Origin: Candidatus Bathyarchaeota archaeon
GTDB lineage: Archaea; Thermoproteota; Bathyarchaeia; Bathyarchaeales; Bathycorpusculaceae
DNA: 64,000 bases
Direction of reading: 5' to 3'
Assembly: GCA_963768425.1 (NCBI GenBank)
Contig: CAVYHV010000009.1
Coordinates: forward strand, 32,001 to 96,000
The notes below the pieces were generated by a model. The model was given only the letters and a program-made list of their open reading frames with translations. It was not told where the DNA came from and made no database searches. Each line of letters opens with the position of its first letter. Within the stretch, counting starts at the first letter, position 1. Of the stretch, positions 1 to 10,032 are shown in pieces. A program made the translations under genes and the position numbers.

Positions 1-225
1 GCTTTGCTTGGTATACTTTTAGGCTGGATCTTAGCGAACATCACTGCGAGACTTCTTGCTTCAGGGGCATTCGGAGGAACCGGTTTCAAAGTGACGCCGT
101 TGCTGACTCCCGAAGTATTCGTAGGGTCTTTGGCTTTCGGCGTAGGAATCAGCGTAATATTCGCCTTGTACCCGGCTTGGCGTGCATCCAAACTCAAGCC
201 AGTAGAGGCTTTAAGGTACGAGTGA
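1..225 (+). CDS. ABC transporter permease (FtsX/MacB family), C-terminal fragment
   Basis: TM helices ending in the family tail 'ALYPAWRASKLKPVEALRYE'; truncated by the window edge. Confidence 0.85.
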   Translation, partial: ALLGILLGWILANITARLLASGAFGGTGFKVTPLLTPEVFVGSLAFGVGISVIFALYPAWRASKLKPVEALRYE

Positions 226-255
226 TTATAGCAAATAGCAGAGGCGTTTTCACCT

Positions 256-699
256 GTGAAGCGGTTATACCCTGACCAGCCAGTAGTCGGCGTTGGCGCA
301 GTAATTATAAGAGAATGCAAAATCGCGCTTATAAAACGGGGAAACGAGCCAGCCAGGGGCAAATGGACTATTCCAGGCGGTTTGGTTGAGCTTGCCGAAA
401 GCCCTGAGCAGGCGGTTGTCCGTGAGGCGAAAGAGGAAACTGGCCTTGACGTTGCCGATCCCTGCTTGATGGACGTAGTGAGCAACGTTGACCTAGACGA
501 AAAAGGCAGGGTAAAATATCATTATGTCATCATTGAATATTTTGTGCGTGTGAAAGCCGGGGCTGCTGAGGCTTCAAGCGATGCAGTGGAGCTTCGTTGG
601 GTGCCGTTTAATGAAGTCGAAGGTTACGATTTAACAGCGTCTTTCCGGCTTTTCTTCAGCCATAACAGGAAAAAAATGGAGAAAGCCAACTCGTATTGA
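256..699 (+). CDS. NUDIX hydrolase (ADP-ribose pyrophosphatase-like)
   Basis: Nudix box GGLVELAESPEQAVVREAKEETG. Confidence 0.9.
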   Translation: MKRLYPDQPVVGVGAVIIRECKIALIKRGNEPARGKWTIPGGLVELAESPEQAVVREAKEETGLDVADPCLMDVVSNVDLDEKGRVKYHYVIIEYFVRVKAGAAEASSDAVELRWVPFNEVEGYDLTASFRLFFSHNRKKMEKANSY

Positions 700-716
700 T
701 CTTAAGCGCCAATGTT

Positions 717-1697
717 TCAAACTATTTTGAAGAGTTTTTGGGCATTTTCTCCCAGTATCATTCGTTTCTCTTCTTCAGTGATGTCAAGGGCTTTTATGTT
801 CTCGATGATTTTAGCTGTATCTCCCCACGGGTAATCAGTACCAAATAGCATATGCGAGGAACCGTAGAAACTGTAAGCAAGATCCACGGCTGGTTTCCAC
901 ATTCCCTCTGCGGTATCAACGTAAAACATTTTCAGGTATTCAAGGGGCGTCTTTTTTAGCGGTGCTGGTGAAGTGCCATTTTTGCCTTGACTTGTTACGA
1001 AGCCGTTAATTCGCCCGGCCATTAAAGGGATAAGCGTTCCTAAGTGGTGTGTAACAATTTTTATGCCAGGGTGTCTTTCCAAGACCCCGCCGCGAAAAAT
1101 ACGAAATGTGGCGAATGCAGTGTCTATGCCCCAGCCCATCATCATGTTCATGTTGTACTCGTCATTCATCCAATCATAGGCTTTCCGGATGTACGACGGA
1201 TGAATCCATAGTCCACATCCAAGTTGATTGACCTTGGCGTAAAACGGCTCAAACTCAGGCAAATCAAGTGGTTTTCCCCTGACGTTTGAAAGTACCTGGA
1301 CTCCAAGCAAGCCAAGGTCTTTAACTGATCTTTCTGTTTCCTCAACAGCCTTTTGTACATCAAGAAGAGAAACCGTCGCTATTCCTTTGAAGCGTCCGTG
1401 GGAGCTCTCTGCAATCTTAGCGATGCCGTCGTTTGCTGCTTTGTATATTTTGTGGAATTCTTCAACGGGAACATTTAGAGGCAAGTCATCAAGTGTTGGG
1501 CCTGGAAGAGAAAGAATTTGCTTGTCGATTCCGAACTTTTTCATCTCTTTTATTCGGAAATCCAAGTCAGTTATTGACTTTCCTTTCCCTCCGTCAGGGT
1601 TGTCGGACGAAAGGAAGGTTACCATCTGGGGAAGTGGCTTGGGCAACGTGTCCATGTATTCTTTGGGGTAGAAATGGTTGAAGACATCAATTATCAA
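717..1697 (-). CDS. Amidohydrolase_2 family protein (ACMSD/decarboxylase-like)
   Basis: N-terminal IIDVFNH, WIHP, HHLG, FGTDYP and C-terminal ILGENAQKLF motifs. Confidence 0.85.
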   Translation of the reverse strand: MIIDVFNHFYPKEYMDTLPKPLPQMVTFLSSDNPDGGKGKSITDLDFRIKEMKKFGIDKQILSLPGPTLDDLPLNVPVEEFHKIYKAANDGIAKIAESSHGRFKGIATVSLLDVQKAVEETERSVKDLGLLGVQVLSNVRGKPLDLPEFEPFYAKVNQLGCGLWIHPSYIRKAYDWMNDEYNMNMMMGWGIDTAFATFRIFRGGVLERHPGIKIVTHHLGTLIPLMAGRINGFVTSQGKNGTSPAPLKKTPLEYLKMFYVDTAEGMWKPAVDLAYSFYGSSHMLFGTDYPWGDTAKIIENIKALDITEEEKRMILGENAQKLFKIV

Positions 1698-1753
1698 ATG
1701 CTTACATCTCGATTAAGAAGATAAAAACACAGAACTTGGGCGCAGATATAAAG

Positions 1754-3220
1754 TTAATTGATGTTTGGGTCTTTAAAGAAGAGACGTGTTTCTCCCATTG
1801 TTTTGATGTCTAACGCTCTCACCCTTGCAACTATGGGGAAGTCACTCACGACTCTGCCAAGCGTTAGGCAATGATGAGGCGGCAGGTCATGCGCTATCGA
1901 ACGTACAGTTTCTGCGTCTACTCGTGCTGCTCGGCTCACCACGTCAAGGTCGTGTTCGTTGGTGAAGTTGAAGAGGAAGATGTTGTCTGCTTGGCGGTAA
2001 ATCGTTTCTTGGATCGTGTCGGGCTGGTTGGTGATGAAGGTAGTGAATATTCCGAAGTGGCGCATTCGGGTCACGATGTCATCCCAGTAGGTTTCGCGCA
2101 GATAAAGGTGGGCTTCCTCCGCGAAGAGGAAAACGGCTTTGAGCTTCCAATTTGACAGGGAATCAACCAGTTTGCCCAGGGCGTATTCGACTACAATTTG
2201 GCGGTCAATGTTTGAGGTGTTTTTCAGGTTGATGACGATGGCGCCGCCTTGGTCCTTAGATTTTATGAGGCTCTCATCCAACATTGTTGCTTCGCCCAAT
2301 GAGTCGGTGAAGAAGCCTGAGTTAGCAAGGGAATGGAAGCGTGAGGCTAAAGCGTCGCGAACATGCTGGTTGCAGTTTAAATTGCGAATCTCCTCGCCGA
2401 GTTCTTGCATGTTTAGTTTTCCTTTTTCCTTAAGCATTTTCCATATTCGGCGGAATTCACGGGCTGAAGTACCCGGAAGATGAAGCGCGTTTACGAGTAT
2501 ACCCATTACGGTGTTTAGGTGGAGTTGTTCGAGGGCTACTTTGAAGTTTTGCCCAGGAGTTAAGGTGTGAATTTTATCGTAGTACATGTTTCTTTTGCCG
2601 TCGTTACTCATGCCCAAACTCGTGTATTCCCCGTTAAGATCGAAGATGACGACTGTCGCTTTGTACCCGACCAAATTAACCATCAATAACTTGGAAAGAT
2701 GGGATTTCCCACATCCCTTCTTGCCCGTAATAATATTCAGAGTGCCGTCAATTGCCGACGCATCGATTGTAAGGAGTGAGGAATCTTTAGTGCCGCCCAG
2801 AATTATGGGCAGTTTTCCGTCAATTTTCGCTAGCTTCATCAGCATGGGCACCGACAGCTTCTTGATTGTGGATTGCGAACGGCTGGGAAGCCAACTGCTG
2901 CTCGGACTCAACATGCCATTCTCTAAGGTAGCCCTTATCTTGCAGATTAGCAAGCTTGCATCCTGAATGTAGGTAATGTGTGGCGCTATTTCCATTGGGT
3001 CAATGTCTTCACCCTGCAGGGGTTCTCCTCCGTCGGGAAGCGTTCGCAAGAGCTCTTCAAGCACACCAGGCACAGCAGCGAATTGAACGTCAATGACTTG
3101 CGCAATTAACGCTTTCCCTGCGTCTTGGTCCTCAACCAGCAGGTAATCGCCTTTTTCAGCGTTTTCTGTGGGGAAACTGATGACTTGAAGGATGTTGCCT
3201 TCTTTTTTGTAGAGTTTCAT
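1754..3220 (-). CDS. herA: HerA-like ATPase (DUF87/FtsK-HerA superfamily)
   Basis: N-terminal HAS-barrel-like region, Walker A GKKGCGKS, FDLNGEY, Walker B FAEEAH, RMRHFG, TNQP; overlaps the nurA stop codon. Confidence 0.8.
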   Translation of the reverse strand: MKLYKKEGNILQVISFPTENAEKGDYLLVEDQDAGKALIAQVIDVQFAAVPGVLEELLRTLPDGGEPLQGEDIDPMEIAPHITYIQDASLLICKIRATLENGMLSPSSSWLPSRSQSTIKKLSVPMLMKLAKIDGKLPIILGGTKDSSLLTIDASAIDGTLNIITGKKGCGKSHLSKLLMVNLVGYKATVVIFDLNGEYTSLGMSNDGKRNMYYDKIHTLTPGQNFKVALEQLHLNTVMGILVNALHLPGTSAREFRRIWKMLKEKGKLNMQELGEEIRNLNCNQHVRDALASRFHSLANSGFFTDSLGEATMLDESLIKSKDQGGAIVINLKNTSNIDRQIVVEYALGKLVDSLSNWKLKAVFLFAEEAHLYLRETYWDDIVTRMRHFGIFTTFITNQPDTIQETIYRQADNIFLFNFTNEHDLDVVSRAARVDAETVRSIAHDLPPHHCLTLGRVVSDFPIVARVRALDIKTMGETRLFFKDPNIN

Positions 3221-4296
3221 GAGTAGATTTCCCCTTTGCCGAAGGGCCCAAAAAGCAGTCGATGCATGTCGGGTCGGTTGACGATTTCGATGCCATGCTT
3301 GCGGGTGATGAAGTGCTTGATGGCTAAGACTTCATTGGCAGTAAACGTGCATAAGATGTGCGAGAGCCGTAGGGTTTCTGGGTAGCTTTGGGTGTAAAGG
3401 TCGTTGCCTACTAATTTCTGCATGGCACAAATTCTTTGGTCGGCGTTCGTTTCTTTGTCGATGTCTAAGCGAAACGCGAAATTTGCTCTATTAAGCCGCG
3501 CTACATAAACGTCGCCCAGCAGCAAAATCGGCGGCTTCGAGTGTAACCCTGAGGTTTCAAGCAAGTAAGGTGGCTCATGGTCAGGAAGCTGCTCAGTTAT
3601 CAGAATCCCGTTTGCCCTCAGGGTTGTGGCTTTTGAGAATGCGAGGACGGTGCTGCAGTTTCTCCGTGCATAGCTGAGTATTTCGCGGAGCCGCTGGGTT
3701 GGCGTATCTATGGTTCCCGATGTGAGTGAGCCGTCAAAAAGGATTATGCCTTCTTTAACGGTTTTGGCAACCATCGTTTGCATCCATCGTTCAAGAAGGC
3801 TGGCGAGACGCATTGGCATCTGCATGAGGTTTGGGGCTGACTGGTGCATGCTGTTGTAGGTTGTGCTGAAGTAGGCGTGCTCTAGCGTGTTGTAGACTGT
3901 GTTTTTGTTGTCTTCGGTTATGTGGAAGATGAATGGACCTAGCCGTGTGTACTTGTAACTGTGGTTTTGGCGCCAGGTGATCGCACCCCGTATGGCGACG
4001 ATGATTCCTGTGCTTGTTTCTCCAATTTTCATGGTTGAAGTGTCGATGGCTGCGATTAGTGTTTCTTGGTGGTCTGCTTTTATTTGTATTGGTTCTGGTT
4101 TTAGCTGAATGCTGGAGGGGTATTGTTCGGTTAGCGTGGGTTGTTGGAGGTTTTGCGGGTTAAGTTGGAAGGCTTGGTGTTGGACATGTCTGAGGGAGTA
4201 GAGGCTTTGTTCAAGGAAGCGTTGTGGGAGGGCTGTGTCGACTGTGGGTTGTGGAAAGTTATATTTGTTAGTAATTGTATATTGTTCAATCACCAT
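3217..4296 (-). CDS. nurA: NurA-domain nuclease
   Basis: AAIDTS, ILFDGSL, AFSK, FRLD and YPETLRLSH motifs; directly upstream of herA. Confidence 0.75.
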   Translation of the reverse strand: MVIEQYTITNKYNFPQPTVDTALPQRFLEQSLYSLRHVQHQAFQLNPQNLQQPTLTEQYPSSIQLKPEPIQIKADHQETLIAAIDTSTMKIGETSTGIIVAIRGAITWRQNHSYKYTRLGPFIFHITEDNKNTVYNTLEHAYFSTTYNSMHQSAPNLMQMPMRLASLLERWMQTMVAKTVKEGIILFDGSLTSGTIDTPTQRLREILSYARRNCSTVLAFSKATTLRANGILITEQLPDHEPPYLLETSGLHSKPPILLLGDVYVARLNRANFAFRLDIDKETNADQRICAMQKLVGNDLYTQSYPETLRLSHILCTFTANEVLAIKHFITRKHGIEIVNRPDMHRLLFGPFGKGEIYS

Positions 4297-4376
4297 GATT
4301 CACCAATATTCAACAACATGTTGGTGAAATATTTAAGTATTGTGCATGTGCATATTGCACAATTCAATATGCAATA

Positions 4377-4793
4377 GTGAAAGACTTGACAGAAAAACCG
4401 CAAAAACCACCAATCAAAGTAAAAATGAAAATCGGCGAAATAGAATTCGAAATAGAATCCCAAGAAGACCAAATTCAAAACACTGTCGACAAGATACTTC
4501 AAGCAGTCACCGACCGCCTAAAAAACACCAACCTCAGCCAAGTCACTGAACGCCAGAATCCACCGCCGCGAGCTGAAACATGCAAAGGACTCATCCAAAA
4601 ACTCTGGGAAGAAAACTGGTTCAGCGAACCCAAAGGACTCGACGATGTCCACAGCGAACTAGCACGCCGAGGATTCCACTACGACCGCACAGCCGTAGCC
4701 CACGCACTCGTCGACCTTGTCAAAGACAACATACTTACACGAATAGGCAAACCACGCAGGTATCAGTACGCTCAAAAAAGACCTCCCACATAG
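4377..4793 (+). CDS. Small winged-helix DNA-binding protein
   Basis: C-terminal 'WFSEPKGLDDVHSELARRG..AVAHALVDLVKDNILTRIG..RYQY' wHTH pattern; divergent from nurA. Confidence 0.65.
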   Translation: MKDLTEKPQKPPIKVKMKIGEIEFEIESQEDQIQNTVDKILQAVTDRLKNTNLSQVTERQNPPPRAETCKGLIQKLWEENWFSEPKGLDDVHSELARRGFHYDRTAVAHALVDLVKDNILTRIGKPRRYQYAQKRPPT

Positions 4794-4856
4794 GGCTATG
4801 ACAATTAACTTTTTGTCTCTGAAATTTTAAATATCGAGTGGAGTATACATCATATC

Positions 4857-5345
4857 ATGCAAGTTGTTGACTTGGTTCGTTATAATCACGTTGTTCGCCG
4901 TTTGTATTTTGACTCCTTCACAAAGTTGCCTTGGGCAGCAGTTGTACAGCCTAGGGGTTTGAGTTTTGATTCCATGCGGGATGTTTTTTTGCATTTGACG
5001 CTTGTCGAGGACAGATGGATCAACTACATTATCACAGGCAAATTCAAGGAATGGGTTGACCTTGATTTTGAAACCTTCGACGAAATAGAAGCGTTGAAAA
5101 AGTATATGCTTGAGATTCAGGGAGACACTGAAAACTACCTCAGTACTTTATCGACCGAGGAACTTTGTCGAGAGATTGTTGTTCCCTGGGGTGACAAGCC
5201 TGGGCTGCATGTAAGCGTTGAAATTGGGTTAACTCACATGGTTATTGAGGATATGATCCACTACGGCGAGTTATCAGCTGCCCTTTGGCAGATGGGTTCG
5301 GAGGCGCCTTACATAGGTTTTTGGCGCTACAAATCGACGCAATAG
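4857..5345 (+). CDS. DinB/YfiT family protein
   Basis: YN..V, SMRDVFLH...EDRW, HMVIEDMIHYGEL pattern. Confidence 0.8.
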   Translation: MQVVDLVRYNHVVRRLYFDSFTKLPWAAVVQPRGLSFDSMRDVFLHLTLVEDRWINYIITGKFKEWVDLDFETFDEIEALKKYMLEIQGDTENYLSTLSTEELCREIVVPWGDKPGLHVSVEIGLTHMVIEDMIHYGELSAALWQMGSEAPYIGFWRYKSTQ

Positions 5346-5413
5346 AAAGTGAGCAAAGGTTTTATAGTTCATTTTTTCTATTGTATCAACGTAGTTTTTA
5401 AAAGCAATTTTGG

Positions 5414-5869
5414 TTGGAGGTGAAAATTTTGGCGGATATTGTTGATACTGCCATGTCTTCGGACATGTTCAAAACTCTTGTAACCGCAATTAAGGCTGCT
5501 GGATTAGTTGACACGCTTAAAGGTCCAGGTCCATTCACTGTTTTTGCGCCCACTGACGAAGCCTTTGCTAAGCTGCCTAAAGGCGCGCTTGACATGTTGC
5601 TCAAGGACACAGCTAAGCTGAAGGACGTTTTGACTTTCCACGTGGCTGAAGGGAAAATGACGGCTGCTGATCTAGCCAAGCACGAATATTTGCAAGCTCT
5701 TAACGGAGGAGAATTAAAGATCGATGCGAAAACTTGGCACCTGCATAAAAACATCAAGGTTAACGGAGCCAACATCATCAAACCCGATTTAATGGTGGAT
5801 AATGGAGTTTGCCATGCTATAGACGCAGTTCTCATGCCGAAAATGAAAATGGAAGAGAAGTCAATGTAA
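5414..5869 (+). CDS. Fasciclin domain protein
   Basis: FTVFAPTDEAF and NGVCHAIDAVL motifs. Confidence 0.9.
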   Translation: MEVKILADIVDTAMSSDMFKTLVTAIKAAGLVDTLKGPGPFTVFAPTDEAFAKLPKGALDMLLKDTAKLKDVLTFHVAEGKMTAADLAKHEYLQALNGGELKIDAKTWHLHKNIKVNGANIIKPDLMVDNGVCHAIDAVLMPKMKMEEKSM

Positions 5870-6015
5870 AGCAAATTCCGCGTTTTTGCGGAAACCCTAT
5901 TTTTTAACGAAAATTATTTATGGTTTTTGTCTTAAATTGTTTTTACCATGCCCTTTGCTGACTAGATTTTTATTATTCTTAGAAGATAAAAAAAGAAAGA
6001 CGTTTGTTTGAGGAA

Positions 6016-6213
6016 TTATTTACTTTTTTTAGGGCTTGGTTTAGCTGCGCTTGCCTTAGGTTTTGCCTTTGTTGTTCCAGAAACGGCTTTCATAGGTGTG
6101 CCGCAACAAACTATTTCGGATGGTTCGCAACCGCATGGCTCCTCAACCAAAAGTATTAGCCCGCAGTCTTCACATTGGTATTTGTCGCCTTTTTTATTTG
6201 CCAAAAATACCAC
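6016..6213 (-). CDS. Desulforedoxin-like small metal-binding protein
   Basis: KYQCEDCG...CGC...IVCCGTPM with a Lys-rich tail. Confidence 0.65.
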   Translation of the reverse strand: MVFLANKKGDKYQCEDCGLILLVEEPCGCEPSEIVCCGTPMKAVSGTTKAKPKASAAKPSPKKSK

Positions 6214-6329
6214 CTACCTAAAGATACCGATACATAATTCAAGGTTTTCATTCTTATAAGAATATCCAAAAACTCTACCTGCGTATTTTCAATTTCAATT
6301 TTGCAAAATAATCAAGAATCCGCTTTGAA

Positions 6330-6611
6330 TTAAAGCAGCTTGAATTCGCCGAAACCATCGCATTCAGGGCAAACTTGCCCATTAAGTGCAGAATGGTAAT
6401 CTTTGCCTCTGCCAAAACATGCTGGGCATTTTTCCGTTCTTCCTTCTGGAAACAAGCGCCAACCTGTTCCGCGGCATTTTAGACATGGAACACCTATTTC
6501 AGAATTGCTTGTATCTCTGCCTGTTCCATAACAAATCTTGCATTTAACTCGTTTGTATCTGATTTGCATGCTTGTGGGAGAGGACTCCAACACTGTTTTC
6601 AAAGAATGCAC
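6330..6611 (-). CDS. Stand-alone DnaJ-type zinc-finger protein
   Basis: Four CxxCxGxG repeats, no J domain. Confidence 0.7.
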   Translation of the reverse strand: MHSLKTVLESSPTSMQIRYKRVKCKICYGTGRDTSNSEIGVPCLKCRGTGWRLFPEGRTEKCPACFGRGKDYHSALNGQVCPECDGFGEFKLL

Positions 6612-6693
6612 CAGAAAACAATTATTTAGCTTTCTCTCGTATTAAAAATTTGTTAATTATAAATTTTAATTCTCAATCAAATAGCTTAGAGTT

Positions 6694-7107
6694 TTAGAGT
6701 TTTTCCTTAATTCTTTTGGCCATATCGTCAAGTTTTGCTCTTTCAACTTCCACAAGCTCGTGGAAATTCGGAAGTTTTTGCTCCTCAAACCTTGGAACAA
6801 TGTGGACATGCAAATGGAATATGTCTTGTCCTGCAGCTTTGCCGTTTTGCTGAACAATGCTTATGCCGTCAGCATGCGTGGCCTCTTTGATGGGCAAAGA
6901 AACTTTTTTGGTTACCAGATAAACTTGGATCAACGCTTCTTCTGGGATATCGAAGATGTCCAAGTAGTGATGCTTGGGTATTACAAGCGTATGCCCCATT
7001 GTTAAGGGTCTTATGTCCAGAAAAGCCATCACGGCTTGGTCTTGATAAATTATGCTTGCTGGCATTTGTTTTTTCACTATATTGCAGAACACGCAGGATT
7101 CAACCAA
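6694..7107 (-). CDS. HIT family hydrolase
   Basis: CVFC, AFLDIRP, GHTLVIPK, HLHVHIVPR. Confidence 0.92.
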   Translation of the reverse strand: MVESCVFCNIVKKQMPASIIYQDQAVMAFLDIRPLTMGHTLVIPKHHYLDIFDIPEEALIQVYLVTKKVSLPIKEATHADGISIVQQNGKAAGQDIFHLHVHIVPRFEEQKLPNFHELVEVERAKLDDMAKRIKEKL

Positions 7108-7200
7108 AGTGCGTCACCATTAAACGGCTTAAACTTTTGCAATCAGGTTTATATGCGATGGCAATTCATATTTCTTTTCAGCTAATTAGAGGTTTATAAA

Positions 7201-7488
7201 ATGAGCAAGTTAGAAGACCAAGTACGTGAAGAAGTCGGCAAAGTGCAAGACCCAGAAACAGGGCAAAGCTTTGCTGAAATGCAGATGATCCAAAGCGTCA
7301 AAGAAACAGCTCCGGGAGAATTCACAGTTGAATTTGTCCCCACAAGTCCATTCTGCCCAATCGCGTTCAAACTTGCAGCTGACATAAAAGCCGCCGCAAA
7401 ATCAGTTCCGGGCGTCAAGAAAGCATTGGTTTACTGTCGTGGACACGCCATGGAGCAGCAAATAAATGAAATGACCAACAAACAGTAA
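7201..7488 (+). CDS. DUF59/SufT (MIP18)-like Fe-S assembly protein
   Basis: VQDPETG...PTSPFCP motif. Confidence 0.8.
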   Translation: MSKLEDQVREEVGKVQDPETGQSFAEMQMIQSVKETAPGEFTVEFVPTSPFCPIAFKLAADIKAAAKSVPGVKKALVYCRGHAMEQQINEMTNKQ

Positions 7489-7684
7489 AACAGTTTTTCT
7501 TTTATTTCCTTTTTTCAATTTTTAAGCAAACCTACCGAAGGCTACCTGAATAGCGATCTAAAACGAACTTTGTTGACAGTTTTTTAGTTACAAACACTAC
7601 TGTGAGCAAGAGGTTTTTCTTCTATTTCTTTCTACGAGTTGTTATATCTAGCTAATTCCTTAAAATCAAAAAAAGAAGCTGGTT

Positions 7685-7996
7685 TTATCTTGCGTAGCTG
7701 CATCTTCCGCTGCGGGGTGAACCCTCATTATCCATTGGGTCGCTATAGTCGCGGAAGCCTGTGTGAAGCTTCGCTCGTATCTCAAAGCGGATTCTAGAAA
7801 TGTTTTTCGCCCAACTTTTCATCATCAGCACTATCCTGTAGAAGTTCATTTGCTTGGCAATCGACAAGAAAGCGATCATACTCATTGAAGCCAGCAAAAT
7901 CATTAGTGGACTAATTGTAGCTGCCAACAAACCTGCTGAGGCAACCAAGGCAACATAAATAATGCTTCTTAACTTTCGCATATTTGTCACCATCAA
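7685..7996 (-). CDS. Hypothetical membrane protein
   Basis: Two N-terminal hydrophobic segments. Confidence 0.5.
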   Translation of the reverse strand: MMVTNMRKLRSIIYVALVASAGLLAATISPLMILLASMSMIAFLSIAKQMNFYRIVLMMKSWAKNISRIRFEIRAKLHTGFRDYSDPMDNEGSPRSGRCSYAR

Positions 7997-8126
7997 TATA
8001 TGCGATGTAAGGGCTTAAAGGCTTTTTTATTACTCAAAAATCCCTCCTGAGAAGGCAACAAGAAAATAACTGAAAAATAGGTTTGTTTTGCATTCTGCTG
8101 TTAAAAATAATGCTGAAAAGGCTTTG

Positions 8127-8897
8127 TCACTTCATTCGGCTGAATGCCCAGGTGCCTATTACAACCATAACTCCATCAAACAACGCCACAACTCCAATGT
8201 CAATCCATAACGATTGAACCTGAAAGGGAGTCCATATAGCGCCCAAAGTAACATGTCTGAGCGCATCGATGCCGTAAGTTAACGGGTTCCACACGGCGAT
8301 ATCTGTGAGCCAACTAGGAAGGTTGCCGCCTTTGAGGAGGAACAAGGCACCGCTTAGAAAGAATAATGGCAGGTTCACGAATGTTTGGATGGCGCCGAAA
8401 CCTTCAAGGTTGCCCATGAAGCTTGCAATTGTTAGTCCTATACTAACCAAGCCAAAAGTAACAAGCAGCATTACGGGCAACGCATACAGAACTGTTATTG
8501 GGTTTATTGGGATGCCGATGGCTAAGCCAATGGCGAAAACAATGATACCCTGCATGAAAGCGTCTGTGCTGTCTCCAACCATTTTTCCCAGAAAAATTGT
8601 CAGCCTAGAAACAGGCGCAACCAGTGTTTCTTTCATGAATCCGAATTCTTTGTCCCAGATGACGTTAATACCCATGAACATTGCTGTGAAAAGCAGTGTC
8701 TGCCCGACTATGCCCGGAAGCAGTACCTCCTGGTAGTTCAAGCCTGGCGGCAACACAATTCGTGCGGCGAAAGCAGCACCGAATATTATAAGCCACAGCA
8801 GAGGCTGAACGAAGCTGGTTACAAGCCGCGTTCTATCACGGATGAACCGTTTGATTTCCCTAAGCCACAGACTGTAGAAGCCGCGGGTTTCACTCAT
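8127..8897 (-). CDS. ABC-2 type exporter permease
   Basis: DKEFGFMKETLVAP, PLFFLSGALF, NPLTYGIDALR. Confidence 0.9.
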   Translation of the reverse strand: MSETRGFYSLWLREIKRFIRDRTRLVTSFVQPLLWLIIFGAAFAARIVLPPGLNYQEVLLPGIVGQTLLFTAMFMGINVIWDKEFGFMKETLVAPVSRLTIFLGKMVGDSTDAFMQGIIVFAIGLAIGIPINPITVLYALPVMLLVTFGLVSIGLTIASFMGNLEGFGAIQTFVNLPLFFLSGALFLLKGGNLPSWLTDIAVWNPLTYGIDALRHVTLGAIWTPFQVQSLWIDIGVVALFDGVMVVIGTWAFSRMK

Positions 8898-9880
8898 CTT
8901 ATTGCTCTCCTACGAGCAGCCGCTGCTCCATGAAGTTCTTTGGATGTGTCTTCTCTGATGTTTCTTCCAGTGTAATGTAAGAATACATCTTCAAGGTTAG
9001 GTTCCCGCAGCAGCAATGACTCAACGTAAATGCTGTTTTGGGTTGCTAGCTCCATAATTCTTGGCATCACATTTTTGCCATTGCGTACGGTTATTTCCAA
9101 TGCGCCGTCAACGATTTGTTTGCTATTTAATCCTAACCCTTTAGTTACAAGTTCGGAGAGCTCATCAACTTTGCTTGTTCTAATTACGACGACGTCGCCT
9201 TCGAGCGTGTCTTTAAGCTTAGGCGGGGTATCTAAAATAACGATTTTGCCGTGGTCCATGATGCCGATGCGGTCTGAAAGCCTATCTGCCTCATCCATGT
9301 AATGGGTGGTTAAAACCACAGTAATGTCATGAGCCTTCTTTAGCTCCAGAATATACTTCCAAATGTGGTCTCTCGTCTGGGGGTCAAGGCCGACTGTTGG
9401 TTCATCCAGAAACAGCACTTTAGGGTAATGGATTAAGCCGCGTCCCAACTCGAGCCTACGTCTCATTCCACCCGAATAAGTGCGCATTAAATCGTCGGCT
9501 CTTTCCTCCAGCTCGATAAGTTTTAAGATGCGGTCTATGCGTTCTTTTTGTTCGGAGGCTGGAACACCATACATATTGGCGTGGATGTATAGGTTTTCTC
9601 TGCCTGTTAGGCGGTCGTCAATGCTTGGATCTTGGAAAACTATGCCGATTGATCTTCGAACTTGATTTGCTTGCTTGACTACGTCAAAGCCGTTTATCGT
9701 TGCAGTACCAGATGTGGGCTTGAGAATGGTGCAAAGCATCGATATGGTTGTCGTTTTACCCGCGCCGTTTGGTCCGAGTAGCCCGAAGATTTCTCCAGAC
9801 TCAACTGTGATGCTGAGGTTATCAACTGCCTTGAATGAGTTGTAAGCTTTAGTTAGCTGGTGGGTTTCAATGACGGGCAT
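8894..9880 (-). CDS. ABC exporter ATP-binding protein (DrrA-like)
   Basis: GPNGAGKT, YSGGM, LFLDEPT, TTHY. Confidence 0.92.
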   Translation of the reverse strand: MPVIETHQLTKAYNSFKAVDNLSITVESGEIFGLLGPNGAGKTTTISMLCTILKPTSGTATINGFDVVKQANQVRRSIGIVFQDPSIDDRLTGRENLYIHANMYGVPASEQKERIDRILKLIELEERADDLMRTYSGGMRRRLELGRGLIHYPKVLFLDEPTVGLDPQTRDHIWKYILELKKAHDITVVLTTHYMDEADRLSDRIGIMDHGKIVILDTPPKLKDTLEGDVVVIRTSKVDELSELVTKGLGLNSKQIVDGALEITVRNGKNVMPRIMELATQNSIYVESLLLREPNLEDVFLHYTGRNIREDTSKELHGAAAARRRAIR

Positions 9881-10032
9881 TTTTCCAAGCTTCTCTTTTT
9901 AGCAATGGGAACACACGTGGGATTTAAAGTTTAACGGCGTTTTGTCCTCAAAAACCCGATTCAATCCTTTTGTTGTTTCTGCAAAGCCACAACATTAATG
10001 TGCCTAGACACGATTTTGAAAATAGGTGAATT

